DNA from: an uncultured Verrucomicrobiae bacterium
GTDB taxonomy: Bacteria > Verrucomicrobiota > Verrucomicrobiia > Chthoniobacterales > JAFAMB01
Assembly: GCA_963762565.1 (NCBI GenBank)
Contig: CAVXLD010000007.1
Coordinates: 512,001-576,000 of the forward strand
Reading direction: 5' to 3'
Length of the DNA stretch: 64,000 nucleotides
Shown: piece by piece, positions 1 through 9,413 of the stretch
How the letters are laid out: each line of letters opens with the position of its first letter
Numbering within the stretch: position 1 is the stretch's first letter
The notes under the pieces: model-generated
Seen by the model: the letters and a program-made list of their open reading frames with translations, nothing else
Databases searched by the model: none
Told to the model about the DNA's origin: nothing
Position numbers and translations under genes: made by a program

Positions 1-210
1 ATCGGGCACGAGTTCACGGTTGGTGACGTCCGTCTTTTGGGAACGGAAGAGAGCCGGCCTTGTTTCTGGATGGACCACGCCTTTGGCCCCGGTGCTAAAG
101 CAGCGTTGAAAGGGCGAGGGGGGTTACGGGCACAGGTTCTTAGCACGGGGCGGCTGACGGTCAGTCCGAGCTTGTCAGAAGCTCGGAAGGAGCTAGGAGC
201 TAGAATCTAG
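1..210 (+). CDS. MOSC domain protein, C-terminal part (truncated by window edge)
   Basis: My frame-1 translation IGHEFTVGDVRLLGTEESRPCFWMDHAFGPGAKAALKGRGGLRAQVLSTGRLTV... has the MOSC PC..M and GGLRA.V..G motifs. The TAG at 208-210 lies inside the downstream CTAGGAG array. Confidence 0.75.
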   Translation: MGHEFTVGDVRLLGTEESRPCFWMDHAFGPGAKAALKGRGGLRAQVLSTGRLTVSPSLSEARKELGARI

Positions 211-469
211 GAGCTAGGAGGTGCGGCTTTGGTGGGGCGAGGCTCCTGAACGATCCAACCGTTCGAGCGAAGCGATTGGTACTGCATGCCATGGCGTATG
301 GCTAGATCTTAAATCGCGCCGAGCCGTGTTCTATCGTGGGCCATGGCTCGGCGCGTCTATCGGCCTTGCTTACTCATCTCTTGGCGTTCGTACGATGTAC
401 CATTGGTCAATCGCTGGGCTCTGCGGGAGCCTCGCCCCACCAAAAGCCCTCCCACCTCTCCTAGCTCCT
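189..469. repeat. Palindromic MITE/REPIN-like element: CTAGGAG heptamer arms, GGTGGGGCGAGGCTCC inverted repeats, inner GCGCCGAGCC hairpin
   Basis: tttggtggggcgaggctcc (228-246) is the reverse complement of ggagcctcgccccaccaaa (426-444). Heptamer arms at 189-220 and 458-469. Related copies at 20275-20570 and 58111-58472. Confidence 0.85.
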
Positions 470-511
470 TCCCGTTGACTCCCCCTTGCTCTCGCCGGAC
501 GTTCTGGTGCT

Positions 512-2233
512 ATGGCTAACATCCGAGTCGTCTTGCTAATTGGATTGACTGCGATCGCGGCCAATCCAGCTTTCTCACAAATGGACCGAATCACTGGTAA
601 GCCGTTTGTCACCCGCTCCGAAGTCATTGCTAAGAATGGGATGGCAGCAACGGCGCAACCTTTAGCTACCCAAGTTGCCATCGATGTTCTCAAGAAAGGT
701 GGATCGGCCGTTGACGCTGCCATCGCGGCGAATGCGACCCTTGGCTTAATGGAGCCGGTCAGTTGTGGAGTCGGCGGTGACTTATTTGCCATCGTTTGGG
801 ACGCGAAGACTCAGAAATTATACGGCATCAACGGCAGTGGCCGGTCGCCAAAGGGGCTTTCCTATGACCAGATGAAAGCAGAGCTGGCCAAGCAGGGGCT
901 AAAAGGCATCCCTAAGTTCGGCATGCTCAGCATTAGCGTTCCTGGAGCAGTCGACGCCTGGTTCGAGCTTCATAATCGGTTCGGGAAGCTGCCCATGCAA
1001 GAGGACCTGGCTCCCGCTATTCAATATGCTACCGAAGGATTTCCGGTGACGGAGTACATCGCTTATCTTTGGCAGCGTAATCTTCCGGTTATCGCCCATC
1101 AGCCTGGCGCTGTGGTGCAGACGTATACGATTAACGGGTCGGCGCCCAAAAAAGGGGACGTCTTCAAAAATCCGGATCTGGCTGATACCTATCGGATCAT
1201 TGCCGAGAAAGGAAGGGATGCATTCTACAATGGTCCGATAACCGACAAGATCGACGCATTTTTTAGGGCCAACGGAGGTTTCCTACGAAAGGAAGACTTT
1301 AGTTCCCATCATTCCGAATGGGTGGATCTGGTTTCAACCGACTACCGCGGATACGACATTTACGAGCTGCCACCTAACACTCAGGGAGGGACGGTGCTCG
1401 AGATGTTAAATATTTTGGAAGGTTTCGACCTCAAGGCGATGGGTTTTGGTAAACCCGACACGCTCCATGTGATGATCGAAGCGAAGAAACTCGCGTTTGA
1501 AGATCGAGCCCGAATGTACGCCGACCCTGCCTTTTATCCACCTCCGATGGCGCGGCTATTGTCGAAAGAATATGCGGCGGAGCGCCGCAAGTTAATCGAC
1601 ATGAAAAGAGCGGCTCTCCATTACGATGCGGGAGATGCCAAGTTAGCTCAAGGCGATACGACCTATCTCTGCGTGGCGGACAAAGAGGGAAATATGGTTT
1701 CGTTAATCCAAAGTAACTTCCGCGGGATGGGATCGGGAGTCGTTGTTCCGGGACTAGGCTTTGGATTCCAGGACCGAGGAGAGTTGTTTTCTATGGATCC
1801 CGCCCATCCGAACGTTTATGCGCCTGGGAAACGCCCGTTTCATACCATTATCCCCGGGTTCGTCATGAAAGATGGCAAACCTTGGTTGGCTTTTGGAGTC
1901 ATGGGCGGCGATATGCAACCGATGGGACATGTGCAGGTCCTCACGAATCTGATCGATTTCGGTATGAACCTGCAGGAAGCAGGGGATGCGGCTCGTTGGC
2001 AACATGAAGGTTCTTCCGAGCCCACCGGCGGTACTATGACGGACGGCGGTTGGGTTAACTTCGAGTCCGGTTACCCGTATGAAAGCATCCGCGAGTTAAT
2101 GAACCGGGGCCATCACATTCGTTTTGATCTTGGCGGTTATGGCGGCTATCAAGCGATTATGCGCGACGATCAACAGGGCGTTTATTACGGCGCATCTGAA
2201 AGCCGAAAAGATGGATGTGCGATAGGGTATTGA
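512..2233 (+). CDS. ggt: Gamma-glutamyltransferase (signal peptide)
   Basis: GG.AVDAAIA, GVGGD.F, YELPPN.QG, DTTYL (Thr nucleophile), PGKRPFHTIIP and GVMGG.MQP motifs. Confidence 0.95.
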   Translation: MANIRVVLLIGLTAIAANPAFSQMDRITGKPFVTRSEVIAKNGMAATAQPLATQVAIDVLKKGGSAVDAAIAANATLGLMEPVSCGVGGDLFAIVWDAKTQKLYGINGSGRSPKGLSYDQMKAELAKQGLKGIPKFGMLSISVPGAVDAWFELHNRFGKLPMQEDLAPAIQYATEGFPVTEYIAYLWQRNLPVIAHQPGAVVQTYTINGSAPKKGDVFKNPDLADTYRIIAEKGRDAFYNGPITDKIDAFFRANGGFLRKEDFSSHHSEWVDLVSTDYRGYDIYELPPNTQGGTVLEMLNILEGFDLKAMGFGKPDTLHVMIEAKKLAFEDRARMYADPAFYPPPMARLLSKEYAAERRKLIDMKRAALHYDAGDAKLAQGDTTYLCVADKEGNMVSLIQSNFRGMGSGVVVPGLGFGFQDRGELFSMDPAHPNVYAPGKRPFHTIIPGFVMKDGKPWLAFGVMGGDMQPMGHVQVLTNLIDFGMNLQEAGDAARWQHEGSSEPTGGTMTDGGWVNFESGYPYESIRELMNRGHHIRFDLGGYGGYQAIMRDDQQGVYYGASESRKDGCAIGY

Positions 2234-2242
2234 GCAGGGAGG

Positions 2243-2381
2243 GGCTTCTGCTCGTTCTCGTCGTCCTTTCGCCTTCGCCGACTCCTTGGTTGTGGAGCGC
2301 GCCTCGCTTGCGACGCCGACTTCGAGCGGTTGGCAACATAGACCGTGGGCTACGGCGGACAGGCTGTCCGCGAATCCGCGG
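2243..2381. repeat. ~140-bp dispersed repeat with GACGAG-type hexamer end and GCCTCGCAAGCGAGGC hairpin
   Basis: Near-identical reverse-complement copy at 48906-49049. Confidence 0.85.
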
Positions 2382-2427
2382 CTCGCGGAGTGATCGTGAG
2401 TCGATTTCGTGGATAGGTGTCAGGTAA

Positions 2428-2595
2428 CTGTCCCGAAGGGACTAAATGAAGGTAGCCAGGCATGAAATGCCTGGGTAATCGGCAAACATGGTCCGTCCCG
2501 GAGGGAACGGTATGATCCGAGGCGCGAGGTTTTGTTCACGCCTAAAGACAATCGTAGACCCTCGTCGAGCGATCATACCGCAGCCTCCGGCGGGT
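2428..2595. repeat. Multi-hairpin REP-like element (GTCCCGAAGGGAC / CCAGGCA..TGCCTGG / GTCCCGGAGGGA), right half truncated
   Basis: Three short hairpins. cggtatgatc (~2508-2517) pairs with gatcataccg (2571-2580). Architecture resembles 14669-14945. Confidence 0.55.
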
Positions 2596-2607
2596 ATCTT
2601 GATGAAG

Positions 2608-2870
2608 GTAGGTGTACGCAGTACCGATATCTTTCGGTTGCAACGTCGTCATGCCTAAGTAGCCCAGCATACCGGCGGCCGTATACGGGGTAGGGAGTTC
2701 CGGGGGAAAATCCAAGCCCTCAACACTGGGGGGTAAACCCGATGTGTAGTTCAAGAGCGAGGGCAGCGCGATAGGATTAAACTGCGAGCCTATCTGTAAT
2801 CCTCCTGGTTCGTTATAGTTTTGGATGGATTGGCTTTCCCAGGCTGGTTGATACTGCCTTCCCAACTTAT
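2608..2870 (-). pseudogene. Internal fragment of a third serine hydrolase paralog
   Basis: KLGRQYQPAWESQSIQNY..GGLQIGSQFNPIAL.SLLNYTSGLP...PYTAAGMLGYL...TAYTY aligns to the middle of 3079..4257. No SxxK N-terminus and no C-terminus. Confidence 0.85.
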
Positions 2871-3078
2871 GACGCGGTTGTTCGCGGCCCGGTTTCACTC
2901 GCAGACTTAGCTCAGGGAGCATAGTCTTCGGCACCGTCCTCGGGCGGATGCGAGGTCGCCGCTTGGCGACCATCGCCCAGTCCGGAGGGGCGTTGCATTC
3001 CGGGTAGCAGTTCTCTCGGATGTCGACGTCTGCAATCGTTGCAGCTTCAGCGGTTGGATAGACGCGACGCCTCGAGGA

Positions 3079-4257
3079 CTATCGACCAAACACCCGAGGA
3101 TAATTCGACTTGTCGGGCGATGGCGTGCCGCCTTTCATCGTTATCAAGATATCGTTCGCGATCGCTGATGTAACTTCTATGCCGGACGACGTCAGGGCAT
3201 TGCAATTGGTGAGAACGAAAACACCTGCTTCCGAAGGCGCGTCAGTGCCGACCCATGGCAAGAAAGTAATGTAAGTGTTAGTACCCATAATTTCACCGTC
3301 TTTCCAGACGGCGCCGCTCGGTATGAAATGATTGCCCATCCCCGGGGTTAAGAACCATCCTAATCCGAGCTTATAGCCCGCCGGTGTCTTGACAGGAGTT
3401 GCCGGTTTCTGGAGCTTGGGCAAGAGCGCATGCAAAGCCTTCGTCTTCTTAGTGTCGAACCGGCCCATGTTGAACCGTAACCAGGTCATCATATCTTTCG
3501 GCGTGGATACCACGCCGCCTGCTCCGTCATAAGCAGTTAGTCCAGGCCAGCCTGGAGCGACTTTCGACTCTGGTGAGGTAGAGTAAGTGTAACCCTGAGC
3601 AAATTCATCGATGGAAAGATCCTCAAAGAAAAAGGTGTCTTGCATCCCGAGAGGATCGAACACCATTTCCGACATCAGGCTAGCGAAGTCCGGAAGTCCG
3701 GAACTGAAGAGGGGCGCGATTTGAGCCATGATCGCGAAACCTAGATTTGAGTAGGCATATGAGGAACCGGTGCCGGATGGCGTCAGGTTCGTCATATTTA
3801 AATAACCCAACATCTGAGCGGGCGAATAAGGAACCGGTAAGTGAGGCGGCAAGTCGGTAACTGTATGGTTATCTGCGGGTAAACCGGACGTATAACTGAG
3901 CAAAGTCGACAACGGGATATTATCAAACTGTGACCCAATCTGTAAGCCGCCGGATAACATCGCTGCCGTATAGTTCTCGATTAATTGAGTCTCCCAACCT
4001 GACTGATATTGCGCACCCAACGCCGCAGCCAGGGTGGCGGTAAAAGTTTTGCTGATCGAAGCCAGCTCAAAATAAGTGTCTTCGTTCAGCGCGATTGGGG
4101 CTTTGAATTGATTGGCCAGGTTCCCTTTGAAGAAAATGTCTTCGAAGTCAAGACCAACATAACCGATCACAAATGCTAGTCCGCTGGGCTGGTTTTTGAG
4201 AAAGGGATCGACCAGACTCTCCAAATATTCCTTGGTGGGCGGCAAGATTAAGCTCAT
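3079..4257 (-). CDS. Serine hydrolase, beta-lactamase class C/AmpC-like family
   Basis: FELASISK (SxxK), LLSYTSGLP, YAYSN (YxN), GLGW, WKDG. Confidence 0.9.
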   Translation of the reverse strand: MSLILPPTKEYLESLVDPFLKNQPSGLAFVIGYVGLDFEDIFFKGNLANQFKAPIALNEDTYFELASISKTFTATLAAALGAQYQSGWETQLIENYTAAMLSGGLQIGSQFDNIPLSTLLSYTSGLPADNHTVTDLPPHLPVPYSPAQMLGYLNMTNLTPSGTGSSYAYSNLGFAIMAQIAPLFSSGLPDFASLMSEMVFDPLGMQDTFFFEDLSIDEFAQGYTYSTSPESKVAPGWPGLTAYDGAGGVVSTPKDMMTWLRFNMGRFDTKKTKALHALLPKLQKPATPVKTPAGYKLGLGWFLTPGMGNHFIPSGAVWKDGEIMGTNTYITFLPWVGTDAPSEAGVFVLTNCNALTSSGIEVTSAIANDILITMKGGTPSPDKSNYPRVFGR

Positions 4258-4293
4258 AGCAAGACAGTGTTTTAGAAGGACAGGGTTAGCGTC

Positions 4294-5424
4294 CTAGATG
4301 CCTAACATGATGTTTAGCACGGCTTCCGCGATATATTGGCTCGCGGCAACTGCTGGAGAGCCACCAGTAAGACCGTTGGAATTCGTCAAAACGAAGACGC
4401 CGGCGGATGATGGACTACCGCTTTCAATCCAGTCGACAAAAACCATATAGCTTTCACAGCCGGGCAAGCTGCCATCCTTAACAACCTGGGTCACACCTGG
4501 CCCAATCGGTGCGGATATAAACCATCCTAAACCAGGCCGGGCCCCGTCAGATGGGCGGGTTACTGTCGTCGACGGAGCTTGGGTCTTTTGTAAGATCGGG
4601 TATAACGGGCTGGTTGTGTTCATCCCCATGTTAAACTGCAGCCAAGTCAGCACATCGCTTGGCGTCGAAACGACGCCGCCACCGCCATAGTACGCAGGGA
4701 ACACAACGTGCCCGGGATTCGCCGGCTCTGGCCCTGGATAGTTGTAACCGACCGGCAATTGATCTAAGTAGATGTCCCCGAAATAGGCGCTGTTGGACAT
4801 CATCAAAGGCCCAAGAACGAGTTCGGCCATGAGCTGGGTCAAGTCTTCGGATGCCGCGCTGCCATCAAACAGAGGAATGATTTGGGCAAGGGTGGAGAAG
4901 GCTAAGTTAGAGTAGGTGTATGCCTTACCGATATGGATGGGTTTGAGTGGGGTGCCCTTAAGATATCCCAACATTGCCGCGGGTGAATAAGGAACCGGGA
5001 GGTATTTTGGTTGCGAAGGTATTAGGGGCGGACTCACATCATCGGCTGGCAGGCCGGACGTATAATTGGCAAGTGCGAGCAGAGGGATTGGCTGGAACTG
5101 CGCGCCAACGTTAATCTTATGCGCGAATTCGCCGATGGTCTGCGTCTTCCAGTTCGGACGATACTTCTTTCCCAGAAAGGCGGCGAGAGTGGCGGTAAAG
5201 GTCTTGCTAAGTGATCCGAGCTCGAAAGGCGTGTTGTCACTTAAGTTCAGGTCGGCGTTGTACTGATTTTGGACGCTGCCCGCGAGATAGATACTCGGCT
5301 CAAATTGGAAGGTGCCAGTCGCATACCCGATGGCAAACGCCAAGCCACTGGGTTGTGCACTAAGATAGGGTTCGACCAAATTGTTGAGCTGTATCAGGTT
5401 CGGCGGGTTGACTGGGGTGCTCAT
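4294..5424 (-). CDS. Serine hydrolase, beta-lactamase class C/AmpC-like family (tandem paralog)
   Basis: FELGSLSK, LANYTSGLP, YTYSN, GLGW, VKDG. Collinear with the neighbouring gene. Confidence 0.9.
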   Translation of the reverse strand: MSTPVNPPNLIQLNNLVEPYLSAQPSGLAFAIGYATGTFQFEPSIYLAGSVQNQYNADLNLSDNTPFELGSLSKTFTATLAAFLGKKYRPNWKTQTIGEFAHKINVGAQFQPIPLLALANYTSGLPADDVSPPLIPSQPKYLPVPYSPAAMLGYLKGTPLKPIHIGKAYTYSNLAFSTLAQIIPLFDGSAASEDLTQLMAELVLGPLMMSNSAYFGDIYLDQLPVGYNYPGPEPANPGHVVFPAYYGGGGVVSTPSDVLTWLQFNMGMNTTSPLYPILQKTQAPSTTVTRPSDGARPGLGWFISAPIGPGVTQVVKDGSLPGCESYMVFVDWIESGSPSSAGVFVLTNSNGLTGGSPAVAASQYIAEAVLNIMLGI

Positions 5425-5508
5425 AAGAATTACTGCTAAACGTTTCCTGAGGGCCGGTGGAAATCGACCGCATGCAAATCGGAGAAAGGCGCCGGTTTCA
5501 AAACGCTG

Positions 5509-6084
5509 CTACGCCAAAGGATCAATCCAGACTGCCCAGCCTGAAAATACCCGCTGATTGTGGGATCCGGATCCTCTCTGTGTAGAGGGCGGAAGACCGT
5601 TCATTTTGCAAAACCGGTTCTGGATCATTTCCGGTAAAGCGATCAATTCCGGGACCAGACGTTTCTCAGCGCCGGGTCGAATGAAACGCCCTTTCTGAAG
5701 GCGAGTGGGCGTTAGGTCACGCAAACCTTCAACCACCTGGCGAACCGGGCTGACAATGAGCACGCTGGAATTACTATTTAAGGCAACATCAAGCAGCCTG
5801 GTGTCCGATAAATCGGATGCCGCAATCACAATCAGATCCGATTGTTCGTGATTCTCAGATAAACTCACGATTTCAGCGCTCGGTGATCGCAGAAGAGAGT
5901 CCACCACCTTACGGCTGTACAAATCTTTGCCCAATACAGCAACGCGGTACCTCTGAGGTTCGGCTCCAATCAAAGGCGCCGCAACGATGGCGCCGGTTGC
6001 CGCTAATGAGAGTTTAACAAAATCGCGTCTCGACCAAGTTTGCCGGTCGACGCTCCTCGAAGAATTAAATCCACGACCGCTCAC
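5509..6084 (-). CDS. Hypothetical protein with Tat signal and a degenerate Rossmann (Gfo/Idh/MocA N-terminal-like) domain
   Basis: SRRDFVK twin-arginine motif plus hydrophobic helix, then RYRVAVLG and DLIVIA strands. Too short to be a full oxidoreductase. Confidence 0.5.
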   Translation of the reverse strand: MSGRGFNSSRSVDRQTWSRRDFVKLSLAATGAIVAAPLIGAEPQRYRVAVLGKDLYSRKVVDSLLRSPSAEIVSLSENHEQSDLIVIAASDLSDTRLLDVALNSNSSVLIVSPVRQVVEGLRDLTPTRLQKGRFIRPGAEKRLVPELIALPEMIQNRFCKMNGLPPSTQRGSGSHNQRVFSGWAVWIDPLA

Positions 6085-6262
6085 GGGAAGCGGTTATGTC
6101 ACAAAATCTTTGCCTTTTGGAAGCTTTTACTGAGAGACGCGTAAAAAAACAACCGCAACGCGAATTGGTTGTAAGAACACGCTGGGATCGCCCCGGGTGC
6201 GCACCAACATCCGCTCCTGTAAATAGCCGCTTTGAGCATGGGCGAGTTTGAACTCTTGTAGG

Positions 6263-6300
6263 GCAAAAGTTATGCCAGGGCTTTGGCTCTTTCCGTGCCA
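6263..6300 (-). promoter_or_regulatory. Candidate sigma-54 (-24/-12) promoters, two in tandem
   Basis: Minus strand TGGCATAACTTTTGC (6277-6263) and TGGCACGGAAAGAGC (6300-6286) both have GG-N10-GC spacing, upstream of 5509..6084 and the hydrolases. Confidence 0.45.
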
Positions 6301-6368
6301 CGAATTTTAGCAAAATTCGTGAGGCCTAGCACGGTTTACGTCCCAAGATGAGACGGGCCAAAGCCCGT

Positions 6369-6770
6369 TTGCTACCCGACGTCGAAGCCGCTTCTATAAA
6401 CGACGAATTGCCGTTGAAGAATGGATGGGAGATAATCGTGCCTTTCAAAATTGATGGCCAGGCCGATCCGGGTCCAGGGCGCCGGCCTTTGCTGGATTGG
6501 CAAATGATTTCACCTGATTATTTTCGGTTGCTTCAGATCCCGTTGCTGGACAGGCGCCCTTTTGACGACACCGACACAACGAACACCGAGAACGTTATCA
6601 TCGTCGACACGTTGCTTGCCCAAAAATACTTTCCCGGCCAGGACGCGCTGGGTAAGAGAATCAAGCTCGAGGATAAAACGTGCCGAATCATCGGGGTAGC
6701 CCCGCATGTTGAGTACATGATGCCCGGTGAGGAAGAGAGCGCACCTCAAGCCTATCTTTCTTACCAACAG
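6369..6770 (+). pseudogene. Fragment of a MacB-like/ADOP ABC permease periplasmic domain
   Basis: LPDVEAAS...ISPDYFRLLQIPLL..RPFDDTD...VIIVD.LLAQKYFPGQDALGKRI...IIGV is a typical MacB-type periplasmic segment. No TM domains present. Confidence 0.8.
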
Positions 6771-6809
6771 AGCTGCCACCTTACAAAGCGGCTCCCCTCC
6801 AGCGCGGGG

Positions 6810-6980
6810 CTTCGCTGGCGCAATCTGGTGGCAGAGTTCACTGGCGGTGATCCAGCGATTCAGCGCGGCCTAAACGCTATGTATGCCGATCAGGATAACT
6901 GGCCCCAACCGCAGAAACAGAGCTTTGGGATTCGCCCTGAAATTCACGACTTCATCCGGCGAGCCGCAGAGGCAAGCTAA
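6810..6980 (+). pseudogene. 3' fragment resembling the TipAS domain of a MerR/TipA regulator
   Basis: RW.NLVAEFTGGDPAI..GL.AMY.D.......PE..DFI.RA. Fused in frame to the unrelated permease fragment. Its tail is repeated at 7181-7261. Confidence 0.6.
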
Positions 6981-7000
6981 CCGAAACGAAGAGAAAATTA

Positions 7001-7151
7001 AATATCCGCAGATTTCGCAGATTACGCTTTAAGATAGGGTTTCATCGGGGAGTTAGAAGAACCGATTGCTAGATTTGCGGTTTATTTACCTCCCTGATAT
7101 TGCACAGCCTTAAACCGTAATCTGCGTAAATCTGTGTAATCTGCGGATATT
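7001..7151. repeat. Palindromic element with 9-mer CGCAGATT(A/T) arms
   Basis: aatatccgcagatt (7001-7014) and aatctgcggatatt (7138-7151) form a perfect inverted repeat. Same family as 62901-63330. Confidence 0.85.
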
Positions 7152-7421
7152 AACCGATTCTTTGGGCTCTGCGGATACCATGGCGCCACCCGCAGAAACA
7201 GAGTTTTGCAATTCGCCCTGAAATTCACGCCTTCATCCGGCGAGCGATCGAGGCAGCGTAGCCAAAACAGAAAATAATATCCGCAAAACGGATCACGCTT
7301 ATTTCGTTGTCCGTAGGGGGCTAAGAGCGATTTCTCCTTGTGCGGTTTATTTACCTCCCTGACCCTGGACGGCCTGTGAAATGACGGTTTCTTAGGCTTG
7401 TTCGACCCCGACCGGCGATAG

Positions 7422-7526
7422 ACGATTCCCAATCCGCACGGAAGCGGCGAGATTGGCGTGAACTTGCTAAAGCTGATTCTGAAAGAAGCCGGAATTACGC
7501 GAAAGGAATGGTTCAGCGCTCGATAA
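7422..7526 (+). pseudogene. hicA: HicA toxin C-terminal fragment
   Basis: My translation TIPNPHGSGEIGVNLLKLILKEAGITRKEWFSAR* matches the HicA C-terminal half. An in-frame TAG lies immediately upstream (7419-7421). Confidence 0.75.
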
Positions 7527-7761
7527 GCGATTTTTCCCGATCCTTGGCGACGCGAGGCAGGCCATACCCTCTAGCTAGGGCCAACGAGATCCATTCGCGG
7601 AGTGCAGACGCAAGCTCACGCTTTACCAGCGACCGAGTCTTACCGACAGCAATCAGACCGCGAAATCCCGGAATTCTGGCGGCAACGCCTTCGGTTGGCC
7701 CCAGATCGGTGAATTCGGCGAGTTCGAGTGCTAATCGTTCATAGCGGTCCACATCTGACAC
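7513..7761 (-). CDS. hicB: HicB-family antitoxin (short form)
   Basis: A.IPGFRGLIAVGKT......ELASALREWISLALARGYGLP is the HicB signature. Probable GTG start at 7761. Confidence 0.75.
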   Translation of the reverse strand: MSDVDRYERLALELAEFTDLGPTEGVAARIPGFRGLIAVGKTRSLVKRELASALREWISLALARGYGLPRVAKDREKSLIER

Positions 7762-7814
7762 ACCGTGAATGTGCAGGATTTGCTGGCTTGGATCAAGGCT
7801 AGATCCAACGCGGA

Positions 7815-7849
7815 GACCTATAAGTCCCATTGGTCCTATAAGTCCCATC
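7815..7849. repeat. Solo arm of the 9-mer GGGAC(C/T)TAT family
   Basis: gacctataagtcccattggtcctataagtcccatc. Complete elements at 21625-21710 and 47541-47624. Confidence 0.7.
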
Positions 7850-7929
7850 TGTGGAAGGTCTCGAAGGTAAGGATCTTTCTATGGTTCTGACCTTCGCTAC
7901 CGGTCGGTTTCGTTCCACGACGACCGCAA

Positions 7930-8751
7930 TCAACCACGCAGTCGCGTGAGATCCATCAGGCGGGCGGTCTCCCGATAGGCTTCCTCAACCCATTCGACGA
8001 TGTGGGCTGGGTCCGGCGAATATTCGAGTTCGATGGAGACAACGCCGTTGATCTCCAATTCTTTGATCGCCTGCAGATAGGGCTCGAACTTGATTACACC
8101 GCGCCCCGGGGGAAGGTCACCGTGGACTTTGCCGTCGCAATCGCTGATGTGAACATGGATGGCCTTGCCTCTGAGCTTAAGGAGCTCAAGCGGGCTAGTA
8201 TCTGCTAACACGAGATGACTCACGTCGATATTTGCACGCACACGCGGGTGATCGCACTCGTCGACGAAACGTGCCATCGCAGTCACACTGTTGAGCAGGC
8301 TTAGCCGGAAAGGCTCCAACTCGAGCGCGATATCGATTTTCTTCTGGTCGGCGTAATCGCCTAGGATGCGACAGGTCTCGATCGCCCAACGCCATTGTTC
8401 AGCCGGTGGGATAACTTCTCGTTGCCAGATATATTCGCCGAGAACGAGGAGAATATTTTTCGCATCCCACTCAGCAGCGAGATCGATGAAGGCTTTGCAA
8501 CGCTGCACATGGAACCCGCGCACGGGATCATTGAAATCGATAAGACCAGCCGCCACGACTGGAAGCGAAACAATGGGCAAATTATTTTTCCGGCAAGTGT
8601 CCAGCACCAAGTGTCTCTCCTCGGGGGTAATGGTCATGGCTTCCGTGAAAATATCCACGCAATCGAAGCCGATACGGGCGATGTGCTCAAGACCGGTTGC
8701 GGTGTCAACGCCGGCCTGTCCGAACGCGCTGTTGATGATGCCAAGCTTCAT
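7930..8751 (-). CDS. Sugar phosphate isomerase/epimerase (xylose isomerase-like TIM barrel, ketose 3-epimerase-like)
   Basis: ALELEP, NIDVSH, HVHISD, PPGRG.I and SIELE metal-binding motifs. Probable start MKLGIIN. Confidence 0.9.
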   Translation of the reverse strand: MKLGIINSAFGQAGVDTATGLEHIARIGFDCVDIFTEAMTITPEERHLVLDTCRKNNLPIVSLPVVAAGLIDFNDPVRGFHVQRCKAFIDLAAEWDAKNILLVLGEYIWQREVIPPAEQWRWAIETCRILGDYADQKKIDIALELEPFRLSLLNSVTAMARFVDECDHPRVRANIDVSHLVLADTSPLELLKLRGKAIHVHISDCDGKVHGDLPPGRGVIKFEPYLQAIKELEINGVVSIELEYSPDPAHIVEWVEEAYRETARLMDLTRLRG

Positions 8752-8786
8752 GGGGTTGGGGGAATGGACGGTTGCCAATCAAAACT

Positions 8787-9389
8787 TCACAATACGTAAA
8801 GATCACAAAGGACACAAAGACTGAGAACAGAAATGCGGTGATTAGAGGGTTAAGCGCGTAATGCCGTTTTTGAGGACAAGCTCATGAAAGTTAATCAGGA
8901 GACCGAGCGGTTTCTTGAGTAATTTCATGTAACTGAGCAGCTGTGCTTTATCTATCGGCAGCACTTCCTCAACGACCTTGAACTCGAGGATCAGCACATC
9001 ATCCACCAGGAAGTCGAGCCGAAGCGGTTCTTCAAAAACGTATCCCTTGTACTCGATGGGCACGAGTAGCTCTCTCTGTACTGGGATCGCGCGCAGTTCA
9101 CACTCGCGTTGGAAGCATTTGCTATAGATGCTCTCGATCAAACCAGGCCCTTCGATTCGATGAACCTCGATAGCCGCTCCAATCGCGACGTGACTCCAGC
9201 CATTCGCACGTTCTCTTTCGTTCTTCATGTTTACGAGTCATAAGAACATAAAAATAAAATGGTGTAACTGTAAAACTCGTCCTGGAAACCAAACTAGAGA
9301 TCACAATACGGAAAGATCACAAAGACTGAACATACGAATCCGAATTGCAGTTTCAGTCTTTGTGACCTTTGTGATCTTTCCGTATTGTG
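8787..9389. mobile_element. Putative GxxExxY element: gene enclosed by 9-mer CACAAAG inverted arms
   Basis: Left arm tcacaatacgtaaagatcacaaaggacacaaagactga (8787-8824). Right arm tcagtctttgtgacctttgtgatctttccgtattgtg (9353-9389). An extra left arm at 9301-9329 forms a mini-element. Confidence 0.65.
8842..9228 (-). CDS. GxxExxY protein (PD-(D/E)XK nuclease-like)
   Basis: IGAAIEVHR..GPGLIESIY, RLDFLVDD.LILEFK, AQLLSYMKL, GLLINF. Confidence 0.93.
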   Translation of the reverse strand: MKNERERANGWSHVAIGAAIEVHRIEGPGLIESIYSKCFQRECELRAIPVQRELLVPIEYKGYVFEEPLRLDFLVDDVLILEFKVVEEVLPIDKAQLLSYMKLLKKPLGLLINFHELVLKNGITRLTL

Positions 9390-9413
9390 GATTTTCAGTT
9401 CTCTGGGGCCCGA

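Noticed and set aside
2542..2973. 143-aa ORF as an intact gene
   Set aside because: Only the middle matches the neighbouring hydrolases. The ends are unrelated or repeat-derived.
6348..6980. 210-aa ORF as a single protein
   Set aside because: It is a chimera of a permease fragment and a TipAS-like tail.
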